Below, piece by piece: positions 9,791-19,550 of a stretch of DNA of 64,000 nucleotides; position 1 is the stretch's first letter, and the number at the start of each line of letters is the position of its first letter. The stretch comes from a bacterium (GTDB lineage Bacteria; UBA10199; 2-02-FULL-50-16; JAJFLM01). Made by a program: the position numbers and the translations under genes. The stretch is from the NCBI GenBank assembly GCA_965216315.1, contig CBDCFN010000016.1, positions 928,001-992,000 of the forward strand, read 5' to 3'. The notes beneath the pieces are model-generated. The model was not told the origin of the DNA. It did no database searches and saw only the letters and a program-made list of their open reading frames with translations.

Positions 9791-10504
9791 TCAGTATTCA
9801 AGTTGTGCCGTTTCTATCAATGCATCAGCATCGAGTATGGTGATGTCGCGATCTTTGACGGCAATGAGCCCATCTTTTCGAAATTCAGAGAGAAGGCGGA
9901 TGGCCGTCTCTTGGGTGGCCCCAATCATTTCAGCCATTTCTTCTCGCGACAATTGAAGGTCGATAAGGGTCCCATTTTCTTTTTGTTTGCCGTAAGATCT
10001 TTTTAAGAGGAGTAAGAGCTCTGCCATGCGTTCTCGTACGCTATGATGAGCCAAGCTGGTGGCTAAGTCTTCAGCCTTGCCTAATTCGCGAGCTAACTTA
10101 ATTAACATGCCTCGGTTAAGTTCCGGGTTTTGGGAGAGAGTCTCGAAAAAAGTTTTCGTATCGATACAACAGATACGGCAGTCTTCAATTGCTTCGGCCG
10201 TGGCATGATAACATTCCTCGGCGACGAGACAGCGATACCCGAGCAAGTCACCGGGGCCTGCAATGCGCACAATCTGCTGGCGGCCGCTTGCAGATGTCTT
10301 GTAGAGCTTTACGCGGCCCGCATTGATGCAATAGAGGCCGTAGGCCTGATTAGCCTCGTAGAAAATGATCTGACCCTTCTTGTAGTTGTTGACGGTCTTG
10401 TGGGCATCAATCTCCTCAAAATCGCCGGAATGCAGGTGGCAGAAGAGCCCACCGGCGCGACTGGAGCAGCTTTCACACTCGATTCTGGATTTTTTGGCAG
10501 TCAT
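9791..10504 (-). CDS. Crp/Fnr family transcriptional regulator with N-terminal Cys cluster
   Basis: CESC..FC N-terminus, cNMP domain, C-terminal HTH LSREEMAEMIGATQETAIRLLS. Confidence 0.92.
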   Translation of the reverse strand: MTAKKSRIECESCSSRAGGLFCHLHSGDFEEIDAHKTVNNYKKGQIIFYEANQAYGLYCINAGRVKLYKTSASGRQQIVRIAGPGDLLGYRCLVAEECYHATAEAIEDCRICCIDTKTFFETLSQNPELNRGMLIKLARELGKAEDLATSLAHHSVRERMAELLLLLKRSYGKQKENGTLIDLQLSREEMAEMIGATQETAIRLLSEFRKDGLIAVKDRDITILDADALIETAQLEY

Positions 10505-10606
10505 CTACCCCTCTCTAAACCATACCGGAGAGGCGTTTTCAAGGCCTTTGCCGGACTTTTTAATGTACACCGATTTGGTATGGATCGCAAATAGACGCTG
10601 GCCGGG

Positions 10607-11389
10607 TCAGGGGAGGGCGGCGATGTAGGCCACCCAAATTGCTGAATCCTCGTCTTCTTCGATCGGTTCGAAATTGCCATCACCTTCGTCATTTTCATCT
10701 TCGCCTTCCATATAGACGATGCTTTGAGAAAATCCGGCCTCGGCTAAAAGTTCGCGGATTTCCGGGATGCTCCAATAACGCCAATGGTATGTGAAGGCGC
10801 GGTACTGTTTCGGTTTGCCTTTTGGTTTGAAATGAATGGAAAAAGTACACTCTCGGTTGATCGGGTTATAACTTTCGCATTCCCAATAGTAAGTGAATTC
10901 ACGAAATTTTTTATCTTCTGTGCCTACCATTACGACTTCGGTCCCGCCTTTGGTATCGAGAAAGAAAATGCTATCTTTGTTCATCGACTTTCGAACGCTA
11001 ATAAAATATTGTCTGAGCGTCTCACGGGTCTTGAAAATCCAATAAGAGAAATTAAACGCAACGATAATGTCGGAGTGGATTCCATCGCTGAGTAGGACAT
11101 CCTGCTTGAGATAGTGGAGACGGGCCTGCTGCTCTTGGGTCAGAGCTGCGCGGTAATATTCCTGGCCGTATCTGAGCGCATCTTCACAGAGATCGATGCC
11201 AATTGCCGTATGCTTGTCACTCTGCTTGACCCACTCACTTGAAAGGTAGCCAGCACCGCAAAAGTCTTCACGGAAGGAGAGCGGCCGGTGACCGATGAGG
11301 CGTTGATATTCATCATTGAGGAATTCGAGGTCAAAGGACGCGTCTTGGACGGCCTGACTATACATCTTGTACTGTTCATGTGTGGGCAT
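10607..11389 (-). CDS. Class I SAM-dependent methyltransferase
   Basis: REDFCGAG motif-I variant, GIDL, DIIVAFNFSY. Start reassigned to MPTHEQ at 11389. Confidence 0.75.
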   Translation of the reverse strand: MPTHEQYKMYSQAVQDASFDLEFLNDEYQRLIGHRPLSFREDFCGAGYLSSEWVKQSDKHTAIGIDLCEDALRYGQEYYRAALTQEQQARLHYLKQDVLLSDGIHSDIIVAFNFSYWIFKTRETLRQYFISVRKSMNKDSIFFLDTKGGTEVVMVGTEDKKFREFTYYWECESYNPINRECTFSIHFKPKGKPKQYRAFTYHWRYWSIPEIRELLAEAGFSQSIVYMEGEDENDEGDGNFEPIEEDEDSAIWVAYIAALP

Positions 11390-11475
11390 AGGAGCGAGTC
11401 TTTGTATATGATTGAGCGAATATTGCAAGAAGTATAGACGATGATTCTGCTTATATGAAGGAAGAAGTTTATTGA

Positions 11476-11802
11476 TTAGTGCCAAATATGTCCGATTGAG
11501 ATGCTGACACCACTTCGTCTTCGTGGGTGATAGTGGCCGCGATAGGTTGGCCCGAAATAGACTCCCGGATACGTTCCGTAATAGTGATGACCGCAATCGT
11601 GACTATGGTAGTGACGATTCGAGTGATGGTATCGGTGCGAATCATGCGGATGATAGTAATGATTTTTGACTTTGCCACGGCTATCATGAGTATGACTCAT
11701 GTGAAAACCGGGTGGGTGTTCTGCCCAAGCGCGCGTCGATGGAATGGCAAAGGCCAAACAAACCACGATGCTCAACAAAGCCCTTAATAAGAAATGTACC
11801 AT
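11476..11802 (-). CDS. Small secreted His/Tyr-rich protein
   Basis: Signal-peptide-like N-terminus ending AWA, GGAGG RBS, about 19 His in the ~80 aa mature part. Confidence 0.65.
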   Translation of the reverse strand: MVHFLLRALLSIVVCLAFAIPSTRAWAEHPPGFHMSHTHDSRGKVKNHYYHPHDSHRYHHSNRHYHSHDCGHHYYGTYPGVYFGPTYRGHYHPRRRSGVSISIGHIWH

Positions 11803-11899
11803 GCCCGACCTCCAGGCTTATTCTATCATGAGTCGCCTCCCTCAAGGCAATGCTTGCTTAAGGGGAAAGGCGTAACATATTGAAATGACGATGAAAATA

Positions 11900-12529
11900 T
11901 TACGGCCCCGTGCGGGATCGGCGCGCGCATCCCTTGTACATGTAGGCGGCAAAGCGCGGGGCTTTATCCATGTAAAAGCGGTCTAATTTTTCCAGCTGAA
12001 AGCCCGCCGTTGTGATCAGGTCCGCCATGTCACGGTTAAAATGACAGCCGTCGCCGATGATTTTTTGAACCGGGGTGAGAATGGTTTGTAGGCGACGCAC
12101 TGAAGGATCCGGGCTGAGTCCATGTTCAATGAAAAGAAAGCTTCCGGAGGGTTTGAGAATGCGCCTTAGTTCTCGCAAGGCACTCTCAACGTGATGGATG
12201 CTACAGAGTGTCCAGGTACTGACAACCGTATCGAAGCTGGCATCCTCAAGGGGGATTGTTTCTCCATTAAGTGTGAGGGCTTCTACTTCATGTGTTGCGT
12301 TGGCAATTCGCTGTTGAGCTTTTTTCATGACTCCCGGATTAATATCGATCGTTGTAATTTTATCGATGCCCTCGGGATAGAAGGGAAGGTTGAGCCCGGT
12401 TCCCAGGCCAATCTCAAACACATTCCCTTGGGCCTCAGTTAATAGATCCCTGCGGAGGGAGGCAAACTCCGGTTGCGACATGATCCATTCAAGGAAATGA
12501 GGGAAGATGTAACGAGAGTAGAGGCCCAT
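11900..12529 (-). CDS. Class I SAM-dependent methyltransferase (METTL7/PmtA-like)
   Basis: EIGLGTGLNL, FDTVVSTWTLCSI, LKPSG, GCHFNR. Confidence 0.85.
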   Translation of the reverse strand: MGLYSRYIFPHFLEWIMSQPEFASLRRDLLTEAQGNVFEIGLGTGLNLPFYPEGIDKITTIDINPGVMKKAQQRIANATHEVEALTLNGETIPLEDASFDTVVSTWTLCSIHHVESALRELRRILKPSGSFLFIEHGLSPDPSVRRLQTILTPVQKIIGDGCHFNRDMADLITTAGFQLEKLDRFYMDKAPRFAAYMYKGCARRSRTGP

Positions 12530-12621
12530 TCACTTCAAATAACCGAAAGAAAAACCCTTGATCAATTGAAAAGAGTTCTAGCCTTGAGAAATGAGAATTG
12601 GCTGTATATAAAGGAAGTTTG

Positions 12622-14397
12622 ATGGAAGTCGCAACCGGATCCACTTATGCACACCGCTTGGTCGATGCCTTTCGACGTTTTGCTGACCAGCCGGCAATGA
12701 AATGGAAGCAAGCCGGTGAGTGGGTACAGCTAAGTTATGCCGAACTTGGCCATCAGGTGTTCAGCTTGGCTGCCGTTCTCATTGAATCAGGGGTCCAAAA
12801 GGGCGATCGTATTGCCATCTATCTGGAAACGAGTCGGCCTTGGATCCTAATGGATTTTGCCTTACAGATCGTCGGGGCGGTAACGACGACGGTCTACCCA
12901 ACCCTTCCTGCCGAACAGGCTAAAAAGATATTACATGATGCTGAGGTCAAAGGATTGCTGACCACGCCGGAGCGTCTCAAGGCGCTTGAAGTGGATTTTG
13001 GTTTGCCGGCCTCGTGTGAGGTAAAGATGATCGTGGCTCACGATGAGCGAGATAGCTTTGAGTCTCTTTTAGGAAAAGGTGCGAAGCTATTGGCAGGTAA
13101 TCCATCGCTGACGAAGCGAGTAGAATCTCCCGACGTTGAGCTGGAAGATCTGTCGGCAATTATCTATACGAGTGGCACAACGGGTGAGCCCAAAGGCGCG
13201 ATGCTCTCGCATCGTAATGCGATTGCCAATGCGGATGCGGGAATTCAATGTTTCGCAATGGCCAGATACTACGTTAATTTTGTTCACCTTCCCTTAGCAC
13301 ATGTTGTCGCGCGCAATATGGTGGTTCCAACGGCGGTCATGACGGGAGATCTCATGGCCATTGCCGAGTCGGACCGTAACAAATGGCCTGCCAACTTTCT
13401 TGAGGTTAGACCAGTTGGAATGGTTACCGTTCCCTATTTGTTAGATAAGATATATGATCGTGTCATGGATAAGATAGCGCACCAGAGCTTGCCGTTGAGG
13501 ATCTTGTCACGATGGGCTCTGGCGGAGGGATATCGTTGCCGCGTGCAGCCATTATTGAAGGGTGGTCCTGTCCGTGAGCGGGCGACGCTTCGGTTGCGAG
13601 TCCTGGATAGTCTGGTCTTAAAAAAAATTCGTGCTATTTTCGGCGGGCGTTTGGTTGTCATTGTAACCGGGGCGGCCCATATTCGACTGGAGACAGTCGC
13701 TTTTTTCTGGGCGCTCGGTATTCAGGTCTATGAGGCCTACGGGATGACCGAAGTAACGACAGCCGGGACCTTTACCTGGCATCAAGATATCAAGTTAGGT
13801 ACGGTTGGAAAAGCTGCGCCGGGCATGCAAGTCAAGCTAGCTGATGACGGAGAAGTATTGTTGAAAGGCCCTAGTGTGATGAAAGGGTATTGGAAGCAAC
13901 CGGAGGCCACAGCTAAAGTGATTGATGCCGATGGTTGGTATCATACGGGTGATATTGGTTCTTTCGATAATGCAGGCTATCTTTCCATCGTTGACCGGAA
14001 GCGTGATCTTTTTGTTCTGGATACTGGGAAGAACGTAGCTCCGCAGGCGGTTGAAAATGCCTTAAAGCGGTCGGCGTGTGTTGAAAATGTCTGCGTCGTG
14101 GGAGACCAGCGACGTTACATCGTCGCCTTAATTGTTCCCGCCTTAGATGTTATTCAGCAGCGCTTGGGTCTTTCCAACCCGCCTGACAAGGAGGATCCTC
14201 GAGTGAAAGCCTTATTGGACGATGAAGTGGCCAAATATTCAGTTGATTTGGCTGTATTCGAACGTGTGAAGCGCTACGAGTTGCTTTCGGAACCATTTTC
14301 TACGGACAATGAGTTATTGACGCCGACATTGAAGCTGCGGCGTAAAAAAATTATCGAACAACACAAGGGTGTCATTGAGGGTCTCTATCGTCATTGA
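12622..14397 (+). CDS. Long-chain fatty acid--CoA ligase (AMP-binding)
   Basis: YTSGTTGEPKG, YGMTE, GWYHTGDIG, LLTPTLKLRR; ATG 12622 follows AAGGA. Confidence 0.9.
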   Translation: MEVATGSTYAHRLVDAFRRFADQPAMKWKQAGEWVQLSYAELGHQVFSLAAVLIESGVQKGDRIAIYLETSRPWILMDFALQIVGAVTTTVYPTLPAEQAKKILHDAEVKGLLTTPERLKALEVDFGLPASCEVKMIVAHDERDSFESLLGKGAKLLAGNPSLTKRVESPDVELEDLSAIIYTSGTTGEPKGAMLSHRNAIANADAGIQCFAMARYYVNFVHLPLAHVVARNMVVPTAVMTGDLMAIAESDRNKWPANFLEVRPVGMVTVPYLLDKIYDRVMDKIAHQSLPLRILSRWALAEGYRCRVQPLLKGGPVRERATLRLRVLDSLVLKKIRAIFGGRLVVIVTGAAHIRLETVAFFWALGIQVYEAYGMTEVTTAGTFTWHQDIKLGTVGKAAPGMQVKLADDGEVLLKGPSVMKGYWKQPEATAKVIDADGWYHTGDIGSFDNAGYLSIVDRKRDLFVLDTGKNVAPQAVENALKRSACVENVCVVGDQRRYIVALIVPALDVIQQRLGLSNPPDKEDPRVKALLDDEVAKYSVDLAVFERVKRYELLSEPFSTDNELLTPTLKLRRKKIIEQHKGVIEGLYRH

Positions 14398-15484
14398 TTG
14401 ACTCGGAAGCAGTCGGTTGCGTGCGAGCCTGTAGTTCGTCTTGCAACGTGGCTGTTCGTTTTTCATTGCCGAGATGTTGGTAGACGCCGATCAGTGCGTG
14501 GTAGGCGGCAACAAAAGGGCGTTGACCGCGGCCGCGATTACGTGCGATGCCGCGTTCGAGGAGTTGGCGTCCTTCTTCCATGTAAGGGCCACCCATTTCA
14601 CTCAGGATAATTCCTTTGGTGCTCATGTTGCGTGAATGGCCATTGATGGCTAAGGCATCATTCACGGCCTCTAAGGCGTCTCTGTAGTAGTTCATCGCCT
14701 CTTGCCAATCGTTTTCGACCCGTTCGAGGCGGGCCATTTCGAGCAAGATGAGCGCTTCTTCGCAATAATGCCGTGCGACTTTTGGATTCAGCTCTTCAGC
14801 GACGCAGATAGCGCGATTGGCTTCATCAAAGTATTGATCCGCCCGTTCGACATTGTCGGGAATAAATTGTACCGCGCGTTGGCGCAGGGTGACGGCCAAT
14901 TCACACCAACTGCGGGCGTGATGATTGAGGGTCACCAATTGGCGGAAATGACTTTCAGCTGGCGCTAATTTGCCGAGCTCGCGATAGCTGAGTCCGAGGT
15001 GGAGTAGTGCGCTTTTTGAAGGTTCGCCACGTTGACGCGAACGTTGCAGGATTTCATGCCAGTAAGTTACCGCGTCATCGTAGCGTCGCTGCGCTGAGGC
15101 CCAATGAGCTTGTTCAATGAGTGAGGTCGGTTCGGTTGTACTCGTAGTCATTGTGGCTTCGGTGCCAGGGGCTGAACGCTTGTCATTGCCTGCGAACTGC
15201 GTCCCGTCATTTTCGCCAGGCATAGCGGGGATGCGTTCTAACTGCAGCTCAGGCAAGTCGACAGCAAAGAGGCGGGCATTGCGCGTGAAGCTGTCGGTCC
15301 ATGAAATCGCCCAAGGGGCTTGAGTGAGGGGGGTTGCCTCGGCACGGTCGGCCGCCGTCGTGGCCCGCCATCCGCTGATACCGCTATGATCGAATAGAAC
15401 GGTCGTTCCGTTAGGTAAAAGGGGCATGATATTCAGTCCGCCATTGGGCATGAGCAGGCGCAATTGGAGGGCAGAGATAGTCAT
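14372..15484 (-). CDS. Orphan tetratricopeptide-repeat protein
   Basis: Several TPR-like helical repeats (LHLGLSYRELG..AE..F, KGIILSEMG, LIGVYQHLG) after an unrecognised N-terminal region; start uncertain. Confidence 0.65.
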   Translation of the reverse strand: MTISALQLRLLMPNGGLNIMPLLPNGTTVLFDHSGISGWRATTAADRAEATPLTQAPWAISWTDSFTRNARLFAVDLPELQLERIPAMPGENDGTQFAGNDKRSAPGTEATMTTSTTEPTSLIEQAHWASAQRRYDDAVTYWHEILQRSRQRGEPSKSALLHLGLSYRELGKLAPAESHFRQLVTLNHHARSWCELAVTLRQRAVQFIPDNVERADQYFDEANRAICVAEELNPKVARHYCEEALILLEMARLERVENDWQEAMNYYRDALEAVNDALAINGHSRNMSTKGIILSEMGGPYMEEGRQLLERGIARNRGRGQRPFVAAYHALIGVYQHLGNEKRTATLQDELQARTQPTASESINDDRDPQ

Positions 15485-15548
15485 TGTAGCCGCTCTATCG
15501 ACGCTGGGCCTATTTAGTTGCTTGTGATTGCAGGGGGCTTTGGGGCGC

Positions 15549-16205
15549 TTACTCTCTTTGATACAGGATGCGATGATAAACCGCCGTTTCGGTTCCTGTC
15601 TCATGGTTGGTCTCAAAACGGATCTCCTTGAGGCCACATTGATTGAATGAGTTTAGTTCCGAGCGTGCTAGTGGCCAAGGTGGGCCTGGTGGGTCCCTAT
15701 CCGATTCATCACGGCCATGACATACAACGAGGATGTGTCCACCCGCTTTGACGAAGCCGGCAACGGCTTCAATCGTTTGGGTGCGCACAGAAATAGGTAA
15801 CGCTTGGACCGTATAGACCTCCAAGATGAAATCAAATGCCGCTTGCCATTCCCGCGGTGCTTGAAACAAATCAGCGACTTGGTAGTTAACGGGAGAGCTG
15901 GGAAAGCGCTGTTGAGACCATTGGATGGCGGTTGGCGAAATATCAAAGGCTGTCACCTCAAAATTCCGCGCGGCCAAGGCCTCCGCATCATCGCCCAGGC
16001 CACATCCGACAACTAAGGCCTTTCGTCCGGCCCCCTGAATCTCATTCTGTTGGAGCCACTCAAGAACCTCAGGGTGGGTGGCGTTGCGGGCCCAAGGAAC
16101 GCTTTCTATCTTGCCGGCTGCCTCACGATAAAGAGGCTCAAACCAGTCAGACGGGTGAGCGGCGCGTTGCGCTAATTCTTGGGCTTTCTTGGTGGCATCG
16201 GTCAT
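15549..16205 (-). CDS. Class I SAM-dependent methyltransferase (thiopurine/thiol MT-like)
   Basis: VPWA, LVVGCGLGDDAE, AFDISPTAI, GPPWPL. Confidence 0.85.
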   Translation of the reverse strand: MTDATKKAQELAQRAAHPSDWFEPLYREAAGKIESVPWARNATHPEVLEWLQQNEIQGAGRKALVVGCGLGDDAEALAARNFEVTAFDISPTAIQWSQQRFPSSPVNYQVADLFQAPREWQAAFDFILEVYTVQALPISVRTQTIEAVAGFVKAGGHILVVCHGRDESDRDPPGPPWPLARSELNSFNQCGLKEIRFETNHETGTETAVYHRILYQRE

Positions 16206-16224
16206 GATTGATTCTTTCGGGTCT

Positions 16225-16265
16225 TTGATCTAGATCATAGGGGTCCGAGGTATTTTCTGTAAAGT
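16225..16265 (+). promoter_or_regulatory. FNR-type box (TTGAT-CTAG-ATCAT) with a -10 element at class II spacing
   Basis: Box at 16225-16238; TAAAGT at 16260-16265 would place the box centre near -41. Confidence 0.6.
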
Positions 16266-16288
16266 AGAGACGAAGGGGAGGGCATTTT

Positions 16289-16717
16289 ATGCGACATATA
16301 TATATTCTCATCCTTGGCGTATTGCTGTGCGGAGCGGGGCTGACCAGTGCATTAGCTGGTAAGGCGTCTCATCAGCATGGGCCGGTGATGCCCTTGGAGG
16401 TCGTTCCGGAAACGAAGCGCTACATGAACCAGATGGAAGCGGCTTATTTGCGGTTGCAGATGCTCAGTCATAAGGACATGGCCGATTTCAAATCAATTGC
16501 AGCTGAACTAAAGAATATGGATCAAGCGGCCCGGAAGGTGGTAAAGATAAATAAAAATATCAAGCTCAACGAATTAATTAAAGGGCTACGCAAGCAGATC
16601 GAGGATGTCATGGAGGCGAACGAGAAGAAGCATCAAGAAGGCGTCGTGATGCACTTGGATGTCTTGCACGTGACCTGTTTTGCGTGTCACACGACCCATG
16701 CAAAACCAATTGATTGA
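16289..16717 (+). CDS. Periplasmic class II (c'/c556-like) cytochrome c
   Basis: Signal peptide, helical body, single C-terminal CFACH. Confidence 0.75.
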   Translation: MRHIYILILGVLLCGAGLTSALAGKASHQHGPVMPLEVVPETKRYMNQMEAAYLRLQMLSHKDMADFKSIAAELKNMDQAARKVVKINKNIKLNELIKGLRKQIEDVMEANEKKHQEGVVMHLDVLHVTCFACHTTHAKPID

Positions 16718-16721
16718 TCAA

Positions 16722-16988
16722 CTAGGTTGATGAACTCTGTTTTTTCTTGATCCAATCCTCATAGGACTTGCCGGCGGCTTCATCAACGCCGCTTAATTCA
16801 ATGGTGCTTAAGTCGGCAATGGGGAACTTCTTTTTTTCAGCGCTCCCTTCGAGAATAAGTTCAACAAACTCATCATTGCGGTTGAACAGATATCCGACCA
16901 CGTGACGCTTATCGGTGAACATAAGCGTCACGTGGCCGCGATAGTCAAATGCGGCTTCAATTTGTTCTTTGAGCGTCCGCGCTGTCAT
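16722..16988 (-). CDS. Small hypothetical protein coupled to fadE
   Basis: Start overlaps the fadE stop (TGATG); AFDYRGHVT motif, predicted beta-rich. Confidence 0.7.
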   Translation of the reverse strand: MTARTLKEQIEAAFDYRGHVTLMFTDKRHVVGYLFNRNDEFVELILEGSAEKKKFPIADLSTIELSGVDEAAGKSYEDWIKKKQSSST

Positions 16989-19471
16989 CAGCCCGCTGCT
17001 TTGAGATGCTCTCCAGGCTGAGCGCCCGCGCGGCCGACATACTCTTCTTGAGAAAAGTCATCGACCGTAATGGCGTCATAGCGCAGCTCTTCGGCCGTCT
17101 TGAGGACGGCCGCTTCTTCCTGGTTGATGACATTGGCCTTAATCGCCGCTTCGACCCGAGCTGCACCTTTGATTTTTGGCATCTGCTTGGTCTTGATCGC
17201 CTTACGGATCTTGCGGTCGACGGCCGCAGCCTCTTGAATGGCCTTGAAGGCCCGCTCTTGCCTAATTAAGGCTTCCTCAACGTTCTCCATCGGCGGGAAG
17301 TACATGCCTTCCGCGAAACGATCACGTTGTTCACCATCTCGTTGGCTGAGATCGGCGATAATATGGGTGATCTTATCGGCGACTTCAAAGCCTAAGGAGT
17401 TCATGCGTGACCAGGTACGAATGACGCGTTTGAACAAGAACTTGATCGGAAAAGGTCCTCCGATATTCTTAAAGATCCCATCGAATGCCTTTTGGATCTC
17501 AAAGCAGGCATGTTTCAGGCAGAAGTGCACGAAGGGGAGATCTTCCTTGCGTCGGCCTTCCGCCTCGAAACGACGAAGGACGGCAAAGCCTAAATACATC
17601 CAGGATAGAATATCGGCAAAACGTCCGGTAATCATCTGGCGTGCCTTCAATGTGCCACCGAGCATGCCCATGGCGACATCCGCCATGATTGCAAAGGTGG
17701 CCGAGGCCCACGCCAGTTTTCGATAGTATTGAGCGGTGGGACCACTGACGGGGGAGGCAACCAAACGTCCACGGGTTACGCTCAGCAGCACTGAGCGGAA
17801 CAAGTTGCGACTCACGTGACCGACATGGCCCCAGAAGGCCTTGTCAAAGCCGGCGAGATCCTTGTTCTCGAGCGTAGCCACTTCCTGATAGGCGTAAGGG
17901 TGAGCCCGTAACGCCCCTTGACCAAAGATCATCAAGGTTCGGGTCAGGATGTTAGCCCCTTCGACTGTGATGCCAATCGGTGCGGCGATGTAGTTGTTCG
18001 CTAAGAGATTGCGGGGTCCACGCGAAATAGCCGCACCGGCCACGACATCCATCGAGTCGGTGAGGGCCTTACGCATCAGCTCCGTCGATTGATATTTGAG
18101 CATGGCGGTGATGACAGGAGGCTTAATGCCCTTGTCTAGGGCCCCGCAGGTAAACTTACGGGCGGCTTCGAGGAGGTAGTTGTAACCGGCAATTCGCGAG
18201 AGAGGTTCTTCGATGCCCTCGAACTTACCGATCGACATGCCGAACTGCTTTCGAATGGTTGCATGATTGGATGCCGTTCGATTGCAGAGCTTGCCGACAC
18301 CGGCGCTTTGTGCGGGTAGCGAGATGCCGCGCCCGGCTGACAGACAATCCATCAACATGCTCCAGCCTTTGCCGGCGTTTTTGACGCCACCTACGATGCA
18401 TTGTTCGGCATCGACGATGACATCATGTCCTTCTGTCGGGCAATTATAGAAGGGAACACCAAGAGGATCGTGACGGCGGCCCAAGACAACACCCTTTGTG
18501 CTACCCGGGATGAGGGCGCAGGTAATGCCGAGGTTTTCACCCTTGCCGAGGAGATTATCTGGATCGCGGAGTTTGAACGCGAGTCCAACTGTCGTCGAGA
18601 TCGCAGCCAAGGTGATCCAGCGCTTCTTCCAGTTCAGGTTAATCTTAAGGCGTCCGTCATCTCCTTTAAAGAGAATGCCGTTAGAGGTGATCGCGCCCGC
18701 GTCACTCCCGGCCGTTGGTTCGGTCAGGGCAAAGCAAGGAATCTCTTCGCCAGTTGCCAGCTTGGGCAGTAAATCTTTTTTCTGTTCATCCGTACCATAA
18801 TGGATCAGCAACTCTGCAGGTCCAAGTGAGTTGGGGACCATGACCGTTACGCAGGCCGCCGTCGAGCGCGAAGCGAGTTTCATAATGACCTGACTATGAG
18901 CCAGGGCGGAAAAACCAAGCCCGCCGTATTCCTTCGGGATGATCATGCCGAAGAATTTTTCGCGGCGGATGATATCCCAGGCTTCATCCGATAATTCACG
19001 GGTCTTCCAGATCTTCCAATCATCGCATGCGTTACAGAGTTCGTTCACGGGGCCTTCCATAAAGGCATTTTCTTCGGCAGTAAGATCCGGATAGGGTTCT
19101 TTTAACATGTTCTTGAAATTGGGTTTTCCGGAGAAGAGATCTTTCTCAACCCAAACAACGCCTGCTTCAAGTGCCGTACGTTCCGTCTCCGAAATGCGCG
19201 GCATGATGGGCTTCATGATTTTTGCGACCCAGGAGGTAACTAAGAGGCGTCGTAGTGGGGTCACATTGAATATGAACGCAAGGCCGAGAAACGCATAGAT
19301 GATCGGTAATGGCGTACCAAAACCAATCAGCATGGCCGTGATGGCGATGCTCCAAAGAATCAGTCGTGCTCCAGTATAACCTAGAATTAGCACGACAAGC
19401 GCTGAACCGACGGCATACCAAACGGTATGCGCTTGTAGAAACCAGCCATGATAGGGATTAAGAAACTCCAC
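16988..19471 (-). CDS. fadE: Acyl-CoA dehydrogenase (FadE type)
   Basis: N-terminal TM, VMVPNSLGPAELL, CFALTEPTAGSDA, ITVEGANILTR, C-terminal DUF1974-like region; GTG start with GGAGG. Confidence 0.93.
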   Translation of the reverse strand: MEFLNPYHGWFLQAHTVWYAVGSALVVLILGYTGARLILWSIAITAMLIGFGTPLPIIYAFLGLAFIFNVTPLRRLLVTSWVAKIMKPIMPRISETERTALEAGVVWVEKDLFSGKPNFKNMLKEPYPDLTAEENAFMEGPVNELCNACDDWKIWKTRELSDEAWDIIRREKFFGMIIPKEYGGLGFSALAHSQVIMKLASRSTAACVTVMVPNSLGPAELLIHYGTDEQKKDLLPKLATGEEIPCFALTEPTAGSDAGAITSNGILFKGDDGRLKINLNWKKRWITLAAISTTVGLAFKLRDPDNLLGKGENLGITCALIPGSTKGVVLGRRHDPLGVPFYNCPTEGHDVIVDAEQCIVGGVKNAGKGWSMLMDCLSAGRGISLPAQSAGVGKLCNRTASNHATIRKQFGMSIGKFEGIEEPLSRIAGYNYLLEAARKFTCGALDKGIKPPVITAMLKYQSTELMRKALTDSMDVVAGAAISRGPRNLLANNYIAAPIGITVEGANILTRTLMIFGQGALRAHPYAYQEVATLENKDLAGFDKAFWGHVGHVSRNLFRSVLLSVTRGRLVASPVSGPTAQYYRKLAWASATFAIMADVAMGMLGGTLKARQMITGRFADILSWMYLGFAVLRRFEAEGRRKEDLPFVHFCLKHACFEIQKAFDGIFKNIGGPFPIKFLFKRVIRTWSRMNSLGFEVADKITHIIADLSQRDGEQRDRFAEGMYFPPMENVEEALIRQERAFKAIQEAAAVDRKIRKAIKTKQMPKIKGAARVEAAIKANVINQEEAAVLKTAEELRYDAITVDDFSQEEYVGRAGAQPGEHLKAAG

Positions 19472-19550
19472 GATCGACCTCCTGGGATGACGTTATGCGT
19501 TAATTCCATCTCTACAACTAAACTAAAGCGTCGAAAATGGGAAGAAAAAA

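Noticed and set aside
11390..11596. 69-aa N-terminal extension of the methyltransferase
   Set aside because: Overlaps the same-strand His-rich gene and AT-rich intergenic DNA; the recognisable domain starts near 11389.
11843..11858. GGCAATGCTTGC as a sigma54 promoter
   Set aside because: GG-GC spacing is 8 rather than 10 nt and it faces away from the adjacent gene start.
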